Positions 24,897-37,419 of a stretch of DNA of 64,000 nt are shown one piece after another. The translations under genes were made by a program, and so were the position numbers. The notes beneath the pieces are model-generated. The model did no database searches and was not told the DNA's origin. It saw only the letters and a program-made list of their open reading frames with translations. This DNA is from Heptranchias perlo (Eukaryota), in NCBI RefSeq assembly GCF_035084215.1, contig NC_090327.1:7936001-8000000 (forward strand), written 5' to 3'. Position 1 is the stretch's first letter; each line of letters opens with the position of its first letter.

Positions 24897-25599
24897 AAAG
24901 CCCCTTACATGAGGACTTGGATTAAGCAGTCAGTGATGCTGGATTTGGGCTCATTGTATCAAGTTGACTATCACGACACACATATGGAGGACCCTAAATC
25001 TAACCTCTTGCCTACCAGTTCCCTTGGTTTAGGTAAGGAGCATGTGCCTAAGGAAGACAGCGTACTCCATATCAGTCAAATTAAATCCCAATAGTTTCAT
25101 TTAGACACTTAAGCATGGTGATGGATTTCCACAGCAGACACCTGACTGAACAAAATACAAAAATCATGCCATCAAATTAATTTCATGGATGCAATATTTT
25201 GAATACTTGTTACGTTAAGTCTTGTAATACTTCATCTTGAAATTGGATTAATAGAAAATGAAGGAGCACCTCATTTTACTTACCCTCCCCCATAAGCAGA
25301 AATCTTTTCAATTCTGAAGTGCGAACACATTATATAAGTAAAATCAAATGTTGAAATAAAAGTTCTGGCCATTCACACCAATAAATAGCTTCACACTGAA
25401 TCAGTTCAGTTCTGTATTAATAGTGCAATAATTTCAATAATCAGCAAGATAAACATAATTCCCTAATAGGCAGATAATTAATTTTCATAAGTGATCAACT
25501 ATTTATTAGCAAGACCAATGATTCACAGTGTTCATGGAATTGCAGAAGTTAATGCCAAAACTGTGGTTAAAAAAATCCCAAATCCTAAGAAATAAACAG

Positions 25600-25830
25600 A
25601 GCTTGACTGTCAGACATGATAAATGTTCAAATAGTGCCATGGGATCTTCTACATCCATCCATGATGACAGATAGGACCTCAGTTTAAATCTCATCCAAAA
25701 GCTGGTACCTCCAACAGTGCAGTACTTACTCAATACTGCACTAAATTGTCAACCTAGATTATGTGCTCAAATCTCTGGAGTGGGGCTGCAATCAATGTCC
25801 TTCTAACTCAGAGGCGACACTAGCACTGAG
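25600..25830 (-). mobile_element. Deu-domain SINE fragment
   Basis: atagtgccatgggatctt...cctccaacagtgcagtact...tgtgctcaaatctctggagtgg is the reverse complement of the 23061 copy. Confidence 0.65.
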
Positions 25831-26425
25831 CAACGGCCAACACCTAAAAATGACGATATCCACAGTTTTATTCTATAGTGAAAGACTAGAACCACTGCCA
25901 ACATTTAATGATGTAAAATTAACTCGAGATACTTTCAAAGTGAGCTAAACTCAAACCTGCAGTGTAAAGGAGCCATCACTTCCCACTTCTGTATATGAAG
26001 TACACTTCTTCAAACACTTTTAGTTACACTCATTCTGTACCTTAGATTGGGATTAAATATGTGGACAGGGTTGCTGAAGAAAGAAAGAGCTGAATTTGGC
26101 CACATATGGCTTTTATGAGGGGCTGGTAGGCTACCCTGCCATGGCTGTAATTATAAAGACAGAATTGTGGAATGCAATCTCCAAAAACACCGGTTAAGTC
26201 TCTGAACCCCACGTAATAACTGAATTTAACTTATTTCGTCACTGTAAATCAATGGTACTGTCGCACTCAGTTATACACAAATAGTGCGTGAAGTGCACAC
26301 GCATCCAAGACTTCTCAAAAAACCCCAACCTATAGTTTCCTTGATTCACAGCAAAAATACATTTTACCTGGTCATAAGCATATTCAGCTCAGGTATTATC
26401 CACACACCAGTCAGAAAAAGGATAC

Positions 26426-26515
26426 ATGCCAAATAGTGGTGTAGAAACTCGTGGTCTGATGGAGGCATGGATTGGAAGAAGCATTCCCTGTAGGCCTCAA
26501 ACCAGGGAGTGGTGG
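26426..26515 (-). CDS. TRAPPC8: TRAPPC8 coding exon 3 (90 nt)
   Basis: ctcttttag / (A)TTPWFEAYRECFFQSMPPSDHEFLHHYLA+T / GTATCCTTT. Confidence 0.96.
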
Positions 26516-26884
26516 CTAAAAGAGTACAGAAATCATAAAACACAAATAGTACTGATGAAATACTTTAAATATGTCAACAAAACAGGGAACGACTTAACGT
26601 ATAATTTATGTGAACAATTAGTTGAAGTTTACAATTTTATTTAGTGTGTGATGTCACCAACAACAAATTCTCACAAAAACAGAAAAAGTAATGTCAACTA
26701 CTTCACACATGAAAATAAGATTTTTGACTCATGCTTCATAAAATGTAGAAGTAATCATAATCACTAAGCCTTAATCCCATGGGGTATGGGAGTTGTGGCT
26801 AGAAGGGTTATTCATTGACTAAATAGAAATCAAACTGGACCTCTCAGTTAAATCCATCCAAAAGGAGCTCGAACTGTTGTAATG

Positions 26885-27357
26885 CAACAGACAACGTGCA
26901 TTTATATAGCGCCTTTAACGTTATAAAAGTGCTTCACAGGAGCATCATCAGACAAAATTTGATACCAAGCCACATAAGGAGACAGGTGACCAAAAGCTTG
27001 GTCAAAGAGGTAGGTTTTAAGGAGCGTCTTAAAAGGAAGAGAGTGAGGCGGAGAGGTTTAGGGAGGGAATTCCAGAGCTTAGGGCCTAGACAGCTGAATG
27101 CACGGCCGCCAACGGCAGGGCAAAGGAAATTGGGGATGCACAAGAGGCCAGAATTGGGTGAACAGAATGTTCTGGGAGGGTTGTCAGGCTGGAGGTGGTT
27201 AGAGAGATAGAGAGGGCGCGAGGCCATGGAGGGATTTGAACACGAGGATGAGAATTTTAAATTTGAGGTGTTGTTGGACTAGGAGCCAATGTAGATCAGC
27301 AAGCACAGGGGTGATGAGTGAATGGGACTCGGTGCGAGTCAGGATACGGGCAGCAGC
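26885..27357 (-). mobile_element. L2 LINE 3' end
   Basis: AAARILTRTESHSLITPVLADLHWL...KFKILILVFKSLHGLAP; GGRAFSCLGPKLWNSLP; tail taaaggcgctatataaatgca. Confidence 0.88.
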
Positions 27358-27794
27358 CAATATGGCCTCAAAAAGAAAGATCTGATTGTTTATGAAATGG
27401 GTGAAAACTCCCAACAAGTCACTGAACAGCGCTGAATATATTTTTACACTTTCATCCAAAGGTCAGTTCTGTTTTTCAGGAAAGTATCTTTGCAGCATTA
27501 TTTGGTTCAGAGATGGGTTTTCATTTGCTCCGCCAATAAAACCTTACTTGGCGCTCATCAACCTACACTCCAATTACAGCAGCTTCAATAATCCATCTAA
27601 TAAGATGAATCTACTTTGCATCTATGGATGTATTCCAATGCTCTGTTGTCCCCATTAAGACAAAATCGGAAAACTGTATGCTGCAATATCTTATCTGCAC
27701 AAAATAAATTCTAATATTCTGTCTACTACTTTATTCCAACATCTGCAAAAAAAGCACAAATGTAACACAAAGTAGTATTGTTCAAGAATTGTAG

Positions 27795-28135
27795 TGTATA
27801 GGTACAGTTCCACAGGTAGCAATCTCAGGCATGTCACCGAATGTCCATTATTTATGTATGAGCAAGTGCTGGCAAGCTATTTAACCACGGAATATCACAA
27901 ACATAGAAAATAGGAGCAGTATGCCATTCGGCCCTTCGAGCCTGAACAGCTGAACCTAATCAGTCTTTACCCAACGTTCACAGACATGTGCATACAAGTT
28001 GGGTATATTGAAGAGGGATCACAGGTGCAACAGCCCTGTTGATTTTCAGAGGACATTGCTGTAGCTGGGATCAACCAACTCACCACAGAATATCAAACCC
28101 AGTCTGCATAGTTCAGATATTAAGTGCAGCATTGG
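27795..28135 (-). mobile_element. LF-SINE-like relic with a 45-bp CR1 tail inserted at ~27901
   Basis: Degenerate match to the recalled LF-SINE consensus (tgtccattatttatgtatgag...ggcaagctatttaaccacgg...acagctgaacctaatcagtctttacccaacg). Confidence 0.45.
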
Positions 28136-28914
28136 GAGAGCAGCAAATGCATTATCAGTAAACCTCACATCTTTCAGTACCACATATTGACTGCAAATTG
28201 ACACAGCCCCAGGTCTTGCTCCATATCCAAATTTGAAATTTAACTGCTATAATTAAAATTTTTCACCATTAGTATTTAGAGTCACTAGCTACATTGGAAT
28301 GCTAGCTGCAGTATGAAACCTGCCAGGCACAACCTTCGTTTACACTGCGGGAACTCTAATTCTCCTGTCCAGGAGAGCGCTCTGCAAATGCATGGTAACA
28401 CAGACAAGAGCACCTCTCACAGCTGTTTAAAAAAAAATTAACAGGGAGAACCCTCAGTCTTTAAACATTTGGTCAGGTGATTTTGAGCACTTATCAAACC
28501 AGGTTTAACACTGCAGTGAATTCATACTCCCTGTCACGTTAAACTCCCCTCATCCAGAGAGTCTCAAACTGCTGCTCTCCAGAGTCAGATGAGGCCTCTA
28601 CTCTGGATTTACACTGCAAGTTTGGCATCAGTGCAAACAGGTATTAAGCTTGCAGGAAAAACATGCCTATCAATGCAGAGATCCCAAACTTTTTTTTTTG
28701 CTGAGCCCCTCACCTCCCCTTTGGAGATCCACGTCCTATGCATGCTGCTCTCTTTCCAAGAAACAGCATTTTTGCTTAGAAGAGGATTTTATTTTCTCAA
28801 CAAACATACATACTGCTAAACAGAAAAAGCAACATAAATGGCACAGTGCCACTACTACACTACTGAATGAACTTGAATATAAAATAGAACGCGATGACTT
28901 CACCCTTGTCTCTG

Positions 28915-30560
28915 AGAAAGGATGAGCCTGTTTGCTAGCATATAATTTGTGGAATCTTGGTTTGATTTTGGAGCACTTCTGCAGTAAGTCAGTCTCTACA
29001 TTCAAGCAACTTCTGTAACTTGTTTTTGATGTAAATAAGTGGGAAAAAAACCCAACTTTACACAGATACGTTGAGACAAAGTGAACAAGTATTTTGACAG
29101 CTCTTTGGGAACTCTTTTCAAATTGACAGCCAGAACTCGAGGCATGACATTAAAATTAATCTCTCAAAACAGTCACCAGCAATAATCAAATTCTCTTTAG
29201 ACTCACTGCAAACTTGGCCTTTGCCAGAAAGTCCTCTGAAAATGGATTTCAAACTCAAGCACATTCTTGAAATGCATTTGCCTCTTCCGCTGAATTTTCG
29301 GACAAATACTCCAGAATTACATTTTTTAAACTTCTGGGAGCGACGTTTCACAGTCCATAATCACCGAAGACAATGTCTGGAACACTGTTACATTGCCTTG
29401 CAGCATATAGCTACTCCATAGCAAATGTTCTTTGGCAAAGCTCTTCACTTTTTAGTGAATAATGAAAATGTTAACCTTCCTTTGCAAGGTAAGCACTAAG
29501 TTCATTGAGTTTGTTAAATAGGTCAGCCAAATAGTCCAGTAAAACCTGGAAGTGCTAGTCGAGGAAGGTGATGGTTAAGTTATGATTCAGAGTCGATCAG
29601 AAACATACATCAGTCCTTTAAGTTCACAGATTCTTGCCAAAACATTACCAGATAGCCATCGAACTTCTGTTCAGAAGTTTCTGGTGCAATGATCCCGTCT
29701 CTTCACGTAGCACTGAGAAAAGGCAGTAGTCGAGCTTTCATGAGATTCACAACCTTGACACCAGCCAGTATATCAGACAGCTCTTCAACATTGTTTTTGC
29801 TGCTGGCACCTCAGTGTGTATACAACTGTGGCACCATAGCATTCACCCAAATAGTAAGTCCACTGTTGCAGCGAGTCGTGGCTTTTGCCCCACCCATACA
29901 AATAGATACGATGATTCCATTCAATATTTTTATCTGTCATGTGGTGATCTAAAATTTTGAACTCCTCAGCAGTAGTTCTTGCTGGGACAGAATGGCAAAA
30001 AGCATTCCCTGACCTCAGGAGTTGATGCATCAAATGAAAACCATTATTTGTGCTGCGTTGTCGCACTGTACTCTCGTCAATTTGTAGTGCAACAAAAAAG
30101 GGCTTCACTTCACTTTCAACTAGCTGCTCCTGGACATCCTCTGCCATATCAGCAATTCTGCTTCTACTGTGTTGTCAGGTAGTGGGAAAAGATTAAAAGC
30201 TGGTCAGCAACTTCCCTTCCACATACTATCGATGCCATTTCAATCACGACTGACAATTCAAGACTTTCACCAATCGTGAGAGATTTTCCACTTCTTGCTA
30301 TTTGGTACGAGACAGCACAGGTTGGCAGGGGTAACATGTCGCTGGATTATCTTCACCTGTCCTTTCAGTTGAAAAAGCTTTCATTTGAAAATATCACGTG
30401 GTTTATCTTTGAGGGCAGGAGGCTTGGTTTCCAAGTGACACTTCAGTTTGCTTGGTCTCACGCTATCGTAAGCGAGACCTTCTGCACAAAACACACTGCG
30501 GTCGAACTTCCAAAAACACCCTATGTCACGCTCATGTCAATTACATAACGCACGATATTA
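28915..30560 (-). pseudogene. Disrupted Buster-type hAT transposase
   Basis: RPQCVLCAEGLAYDSVRPSKLKCHLETK (zinc-finger region), MAEDVQEQLV...FFVALQIDEST (first catalytic D), C-terminal LNVETDL...IKP...KQAHP; many stops and frameshifts. Confidence 0.85.
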
Positions 30561-30699
30561 ACAATTTATACTTAGTGGTTTTCTTCAACTTCTAACCGAG
30601 GCGAATGTTTTAAAGGGAATTCTGAAGAATTCCCCAGTAAATTCAAATTTTTTTTTTGTAACCAGCCACATGACTAAACTCTTGATCATCTCCCCACCA

Positions 30700-31678
30700 G
30701 CATCTCTACTGGATCTGTGCTGGGGCCTCAACTATTCAATGTTTATAATGACAGAACAAAAGAGAGCACCAGATATCCAAGTTTGCTGATGACACAAAGA
30801 TTGGTGGCATAGTAAGTAGTGTAGATGAGAGCATAAAATTACAAAGACATTGATAAAGTGAGTGGGCAAAACTGTGGCAGATGAACTTCAACACAGGTAA
30901 GTGTGAAGTCATCCATTTTGGACCAAAAAGGATAGATCAGAGTATTTTTTTAAATGGTAAAGAGCTAGAAACAGTGAAGGTCCAAAGAGATTTAAGGGTC
31001 CATGTAGACAGATCACTAAAATGTAGTAGTCAGGTACAAAAAATAATCAAAAAGGCTAATAGAATGTTGAGAAGCCTTTATAGAGGGCTAGAATATAATG
31101 GGGAGGAAGTTTTGCTGCAGCTACACAAAGCCCTAGTTAGGCCACATCTGGAAACAAGAGAGTTCTGGGCACCACACCTTAGAAAGGATATATTGGCCTT
31201 AGAAGGAATGCAGCTTAGATTCACCAGAATGTTAAGGTTCTGAAGGTTAAGATTATGGGGAGAGATTACATAAATTAAGCTTGTATTCCCTGGAATATGG
31301 AAGGTTAAGGGGTGATTTGATTGAAGTTTTGGGGATTTTGAAAGGAATTGATAGGGTAGATAGAGAAACTTTTTCCATTGGTGGGGGAGTCTAGGACAAG
31401 GGGACATCACCTTAAAATCAGAGCCAGGCCATTCAGGAGAGAAGTTAGGAAACATTTCTTTGCACAAAGGGTGTTAGAAGTGTGGAACACTCCCTCAAAA
31501 AGCAGTAGATGCCAGCTCAATTAATAATTTTAAATCTGATATCTTTGGCTGGCAAAAATCTAGCTATTAAGGGATATGGAGCCAAGGCGGGTGGATGAAG
31601 TTAGTATACAGATTAGCCATGATCTCATTGATTGGCACAATAGACAAGGGGCAGAATGGCCTACTCCTGTTCCTACGT
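30700..31678 (+). mobile_element. CR1 LINE 3' portion nested in the hAT element
   Basis: SKFADDTKIGG; ORF 30881..31243 (KCEVIHFG...LVRPHLE); CR1 tail ctactcctgttcctacgt. Confidence 0.88.
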
Positions 31679-31725
31679 GCCAAGACTTAATAATAAAGCC
31701 CCTCCTTGACCCAGTTAAATCACTG

Positions 31726-31881
31726 GTGGGGAAATTCCTCAGATTTGCTCCTGCTTTACCAGACTTCACTTTTCCAAAAGTGCACCAGAAATCCAGTTTA
31801 TGCACGTAAAGAGGATTTCTGGCACACTTCTGGCAAAGTAAAATCCAGCAAAGTGAGAACAGATCAGTGGAATTTTCCTCC
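31726..31881. repeat. Imperfect ~155-bp foldback (MITE-like hairpin)
   Basis: gggaaattcctcagatttgctc...aagtgcaccagaaatcc pairs with ggatttctggcacactt...gaacagatcagtggaattttcc. Confidence 0.65.
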
Positions 31882-32589
31882 TCTCAGCCCCGATAACTCG
31901 AACCCCCAGTTTGGGAACCTCTGCATCAATCTAACTGGCATATTGCTCCTTTAAAGAGTTGTAAACACAATTTAAACATTGCACAATACCTCCACAGTAT
32001 CCTTCTCAATACTCGAGGGGAACTGGTTTCCGACAGAAACTGTTGCACAATAAGTGTTCATAGTATTATACATCAGATGATGAGAGTGAACACTATTGGT
32101 CAATCACATGTTCTAGTCCTGCTAATTCAAAGTTGATTTCTGTGCTAGAAAATTGGGAATTATCCAGTACTTCAAACTAAATATCAGAAAAGTCGGAATT
32201 TAGAAATTTGAATCAGATAACTTCAATTAAATTATTTAGAATTACAGAAACTATATAGCCTACTTTACTTTATACTTCCCTATTTCTAGCCATTATGAAA
32301 CTATACAAAACTTTTACATTTGTCCCACACTGAAAAAAAGAGAAGTTTCATCAACATGAAGGCAAAACCTTGAATGTACTGAAATGCTTTTTTAAATGGC
32401 TGTTATAAATTGGGCATTAATCCAGTTTTTGCTATCCGGGTTCAGTACCACCTCTCCCGATAGTCAGATTTCCCCCATTGTAACTGAACTACTGCAGTAG
32501 GCTGGGTTCGATTGAAAGACAAGTCCAAAAGGTGAAAGACAACAAATTCTGAAATCAACCTTTTATCTTGTAAACTAATTTGTATTTGC

Positions 32590-35130
32590 CATAAATGGCA
32601 ATGTGCTGTTTGAAGGAAGTGCAATGGATGGAAAAGCGAAGTGCACTGTTTAAATGGTTCCATTCTTATCTATCCAGTCGTAGTCAGATAATCACCTGCA
32701 ATGGCTTCTCTTCCCACTCCATTACCTCGAGTCCCCAAGGATCTATCCTTGGACTCCTATTTCTCATCTACATACTGCCCCTCAGCAACATCCAAAAACA
32801 AGTCAGGTTCCACATGTACGCTGACGACGTCCAGTTCGACGTCACCACCACCTCTCAGCCATTCCACCGTCTAGGAACAGGAGTAGGCCATTCAGCCCCT
32901 CGAGCCTGCTCCGCTATTTGATAAGACCATGGCTGATCTGTGATCTAACTCCATATACCTGCCTTTGGCCCATATCCCTTTGGTTGCCAAAAAGCTATCT
33001 ATCTCACATTTAAATTTAGCAATTGAGCCAATATCAATTGCCGTTTGAAGAGAGTTCCAAACTTCTACCACCCTTTATGCGTAGAAATGTTTCCTAATCT
33101 CACTCCTGAATGGTCTGGCTCTAATTTTTAGACTGTGCCCCCTACTCCTAGAATCCCCAACCAGAAGAAATAGTTTCTCTCTATCCACCCTATCTGTTCC
33201 CCTTAATATCTTATAAACTTCGATCAGATCACCCCTTAATCTTCGAAACTCGATAGAGAATACAACCCCAATTTGTGTAATCTCTCCTCGCAACTTAACC
33301 CTTGAAGTCCAGGTATCATTCTAGTAAACCTACGCTGCATTCCCTCCAAGGCCAATATGTCCTTCCGAAGATGCGGTGCCCAGAACTGCTCTCAGTACTC
33401 CAGGTGCGGTCTAACCAGGGTTTTGGACAGCTGCAGCATAACTTTTGCCCCCTTGTACTCTAGTCCTCTAGATATAAAGGCCAGCATTCCATTAGCCTTC
33501 TTGATTATTTTCTGCACCTGTTCATGACACTTCAATGATCTATGTACCTGAACCCCGAAGTCCCTTTGGACAGCCACAGTTTTTAACTTTTTACCATTTA
33601 GAAAGTACCCTGGTCTATCCTTTTTTGATCCAAAGTAGATGACCTCACATTTGTCTACATTGAATTCCATTTGCCACAGTTTTGCCCATTCACCTAATCT
33701 ATCAATATCACTTTGTAATTTTATGTTTTCATCTACACTGCTTACAATGCCACCAATCTTTGAGTCATCGGCAAACTTAGATATGAGACTTTCTATGCCT
33801 TCATCTAAGTTGTTAATAAATATTGTGAATAATTGAGGCCCCAAGACAGATCCCTGCGGGACTCCACTAGTCACATCCTGCCAATGTGAGTACCTACCCA
33901 TTATCCCTACTCTCTCACCTTTCGCTCAGCCAGCTTCCTAACCAAGTCCGTACTTTTCCCTCGATTCCATGGGCTTCTAACTTAGCTAACAGTCTCTTAT
34001 GTGGGACCTTATCAAATGCCTTCTGGAAGTCCATGTAAGTAACATCCATTGACATTCCCCTGTCCACTACTTTAGTCACCTCTTCAAAAAATTCAATCAG
34101 GTTTGTCAGGCACGACCTACCTTTCACAAATCCATGCTGGCTCTCTCTGATTAACTGAAAATTCGAGGTGTTCAGTCACCCTATCCTTCATTATAGACTC
34201 CAGCATTTTCCCCACAACAGATGTTAGGCTAACTGGTCTATAATTCCCTGGTTTCCCTCTCTCTCCTTTCTTAAAAAGCAGAGTGACATGTGCAATTTTC
34301 CAACCTAGAGAACTTTGAAAGATTATAGTTAGGGCATCTGCAATGTGCTCACCTACTTCCTTTAAAATCCTGGGATGGAAACCAGGGTTTGTCATGCTAT
34401 AGGTCCAACATCCAGTACTGGATGAGCAGAAATTTCCTCCAGCTAAATACTGGGAAGATCGAAGCCATTGTCTTTGGACCCCACCACAAACTCCATCCCT
34501 CTTCACGACCGCCGTCTGAAGCTGAACCAGATTGTTCACAACCACGGCACCCTATTTGACCAAGATGAGCTTGCGATCACATATCCACTCCATCTGCTGC
34601 TGAAACCCTAATCCATGCCTTTGTTACCTCTAGACTCGACTATTCCAATGCTCTCCTGGCCGGCCACCCATCTTCCACCCTCCACAGACTTGAGCTCATC
34701 CAAAACACTGCTGCCTGTATCCTAACTCGCACCAAGTCCCGTTCACCCATCACCCCTGGGCTGGCTGAACTACATTGGCTCCCGGTCTGGCAACGCCTAG
34801 ATTTTATAATTCTCATTCTGGTTTTCAAATCCCTCCATATCTTTAACCTCCTCCAGCCCTACAACCCTCCGAGATCTCTGCATTCCTCCTCTTGCGCATC
34901 CCCGATTTTCTTCGCTCCACCCAAGCTCTGGAATTCCCACCCAAAGCCTTTCTGCTCCCCTCTCTCCTCCTTTAACAGGCTCCTTAAAACTTACCTCTTA
35001 AACAAAGCTTATCTGTCCTAATTTCTCCTTATGTGGCTCGGTGTCAAATTTTGTTTGATAATGCTAATGTGAAGCACCTTGGGACGTTTTACTATGTTAA
35101 AGGCGCTATATAAATCTAAGTTTTTGTTGC
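32590..35130 (+). mobile_element. L2 LINE 3' half split by a CR1 (L2 parts 32590-32870 and ~34390-35130)
   Basis: WFHSYLSSRSQ...PQGSILG...HMYADD; after the CR1, IHAFVTSRLDYSNALLAG...HITPGLAELHWLPV and the L2 tail. Confidence 0.85.
32871..34385 (-). mobile_element. CR1 LINE RT and 3' end
   Basis: ORFs 33392..33901, 33915..34127 and 34117..34545 with [26 protein letters not shown]. Confidence 0.92.
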
Positions 35131-36309
35131 ATCTATGGCCCCATGTTCTTGACCCAACTACTGAAAACCCTGTATTGGTCTCTATCTACCCATTCCCATC
35201 CTGTCATGTTGTTGTATGTCCATACATTCTATAGCACAGTAAGTTTACAAGCAAAGCGCATTATTGAACTGAACTTATATCAGGGCTCAAGTCTCAAAAC
35301 TATAAACATTAAACTGAATCAAGCACTGTGGGTTAAAAGGTAATGTACATGCTATCTCTCCTTGCAAGGCAGACCAGAACCGATCAGCTTGGCTTGGAAG
35401 ATAGCATCGTCTTCATTCACGGCTTCGGTGGGGGGGGGGGGGGGGGGGGCGGCGGGGAGAGGGGAGATTAGAAACAGAGGAGTACTTCTACTTAAGTACT
35501 CCACTATCTATATTAAAAAAAATCTTACCAATAATTCTGACCTTAAAGTCTAAATACCTGCCAGCACAGAGACAGAGCTTGACCACCCCGGTAGCTTGAC
35601 CACCCCAGTAACATTAAAGATAATTCCCACCCCCACACTATCACAGAGCAGCTCCACTGTAGATAACTAAATAGCAGGAATGACTACACCCTGGAGCCAT
35701 TTAAACCAGATCACTGTAGCATTTCACCCACAAAGTCAGGTGCCTCAAACTGGCTTGACGTTGTGTCCCCTCCCCCACTCTAATGATGTTAATAGCGCTC
35801 CTGAAATTGATCTCCCCATAGCAACCTAACGTGGGAGGGGGGATTCCACTGTGGTAGCAGGAAAATCGATATTTGAAACTTAACAATTTTTGTAAAAAAG
35901 ATAGTACTGTAAATAAAAATGTACTTCTAGACTTTTTGACCTTTAACCGGTCCCTGAAGTGTACATAGTCACTGCAGAGATCAAAAGTTACAACTTGTCT
36001 GCTTGCTTCAGTATAAATTATTTTCAACTTCAGAACACAAAAGGCTAAAAAGAAACAAATTCCCAGAGAAATCAATACTTTTACGTTTTGTGCATTTCAA
36101 TGTGCAAGAGAACTCTGACAGGTCCTATTATGTGAAAACTGCAATTATACTCATTTATGAATGCAAGCCAACTGATTGAAAGTATTATAGTATCGGGAAA
36201 AAAATGGTCATATAAAATGCAGAATATGTAGCGTTTACATAGTACAGCGTTTTATACAAAATTCTTTTTAAAAACCCAAGTCTCAAATTCATCTCCAGCA
36301 GCAAATGTA

Positions 36310-36932
36310 TGAGGAGGCAGTTAAAAAACCATATGGGATCTTGTGCTTTATTAATAGAGGCGTAGAGTACAAAAGCAAGGAAGTTATGCTGAACCTTTAT
36401 AAAACACTGGTTAGGCCTCAGCTGGTATCGTGTGTTCAATTCTGGGCATCACACTTTAGGAAGGATGTCAAAGCCTTAGAGAGGGTGCAGAACAGATCCA
36501 TTACAATGGTACCAGGGATGAGAGACCAGAGTTATGTGGAGAGACTGGAGAAGCTGGAGTTGCTCCCCTTGGAGCAAAGGAGAGATTTGATATGTGTTCA
36601 AAATCATTAACAGTTTTGATGAGTAAATAAGGAGAAACTGTTTCCAGTGGCAGAAGGGTCAGTAAACAGTGGACACAGATTTAAGGTGATTGGCAAAAGA
36701 ACCAGAGGCGATGAGGAATTTTTTTTTTCTTTACACAGCAACATGTGATCTGGAATGCACTGCCTGAAAGGGTGGTGGATGCAAATTCATTAACTTTCAA
36801 AAGCTAATTGGTTAAATACTTCAAGGGGAAAAAAATTACAGGGCTATGGGGAAAGTGCAGGGGAGTGTGACTAGTTGAACAACTCTTTCACGATGAGCTG
36901 AACAGCCTCCTTCTGTGTTGTATCACTATGAC
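36310..36932 (+). mobile_element. CR1 LINE 3' fragment
   Basis: ORF 36305..36610 (EYKSKEVMLNLYKTLVRPQL...ALERVQ). Confidence 0.88.
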
Positions 36933-37419
36933 TACCTGAAATATTAAAAACCAGTGCAAGATCAATGACTAAGACTGGATGAAAGATAGATATTTAAATG
37001 TTTAGAAATATCAGATTCTAGGACAATAATGCCAACTGCTATTTAAATACTTCAAAATAAAACATTATTGGAAACAACCCAACAATGCCAATACTTATCA
37101 CTGCAAAATGAACAGGACAATTTCAGCGGCAGAAAGATAAACAGCAAAGTGAAACCAAATTATCTAGAGTTCTCTTACAATTTTTAAAATTAGCTGCACT
37201 TGTGCAATGAATCATGCAAAGCAGAGTGAGAATGTCAGACAGAAGAGAATGCTGCAGATTAGATAACAATTACAGAACAGATTGCAAACACAAACAGTAC
37301 TGTTGGGATCAAGCTGCTGGAATCCAAAAATAACCACTACAATTGCACCTGAAGGTGAAAACAACAAGACCAAGTGCGACAATCACCATTATTGTACACC
37401 CAAGTCCTTGCTTTGTTCA

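Larger units (their letters stand above)
22637..26425 (-). other. TRAPPC8: U12-type (minor spliceosome) GT-AG intron, TRAPPC8 intron 3
   Basis: 5' splice site GTATCCTTT is the U12 consensus; branch sequence TTTCCTCAAC (plus-strand 22650-22659) lies about 15 nt before the AG, with no long polypyrimidine tract. Confidence 0.92.
28676..31923 (-). mobile_element. Fossil hAT (Buster/Charlie family) DNA transposon with TIRs
   Basis: TIRs CAGAGATCCCAAACT and AGTTTGGGAACCTCTG; 8-bp flanks TATCAATG / CATCAATC; internal transposase relic. Confidence 0.8.

Noticed and set aside
29785-30147. Domesticated ZBED/SCAND3-like gene
   Set aside because: Multiple stops and frameshifts with retained TIRs indicate a dead transposon.
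35429-35466. Poly-G run as a functional G-quadruplex (also 38879-38897)
   Set aside because: Simple homopolymers of uncertain length with no supporting context.
35576-35610. Tandem AGCTTGACCACCCC resembling GLI sites
   Set aside because: Differs from the GACCACCCA consensus; a small local duplication explains it.
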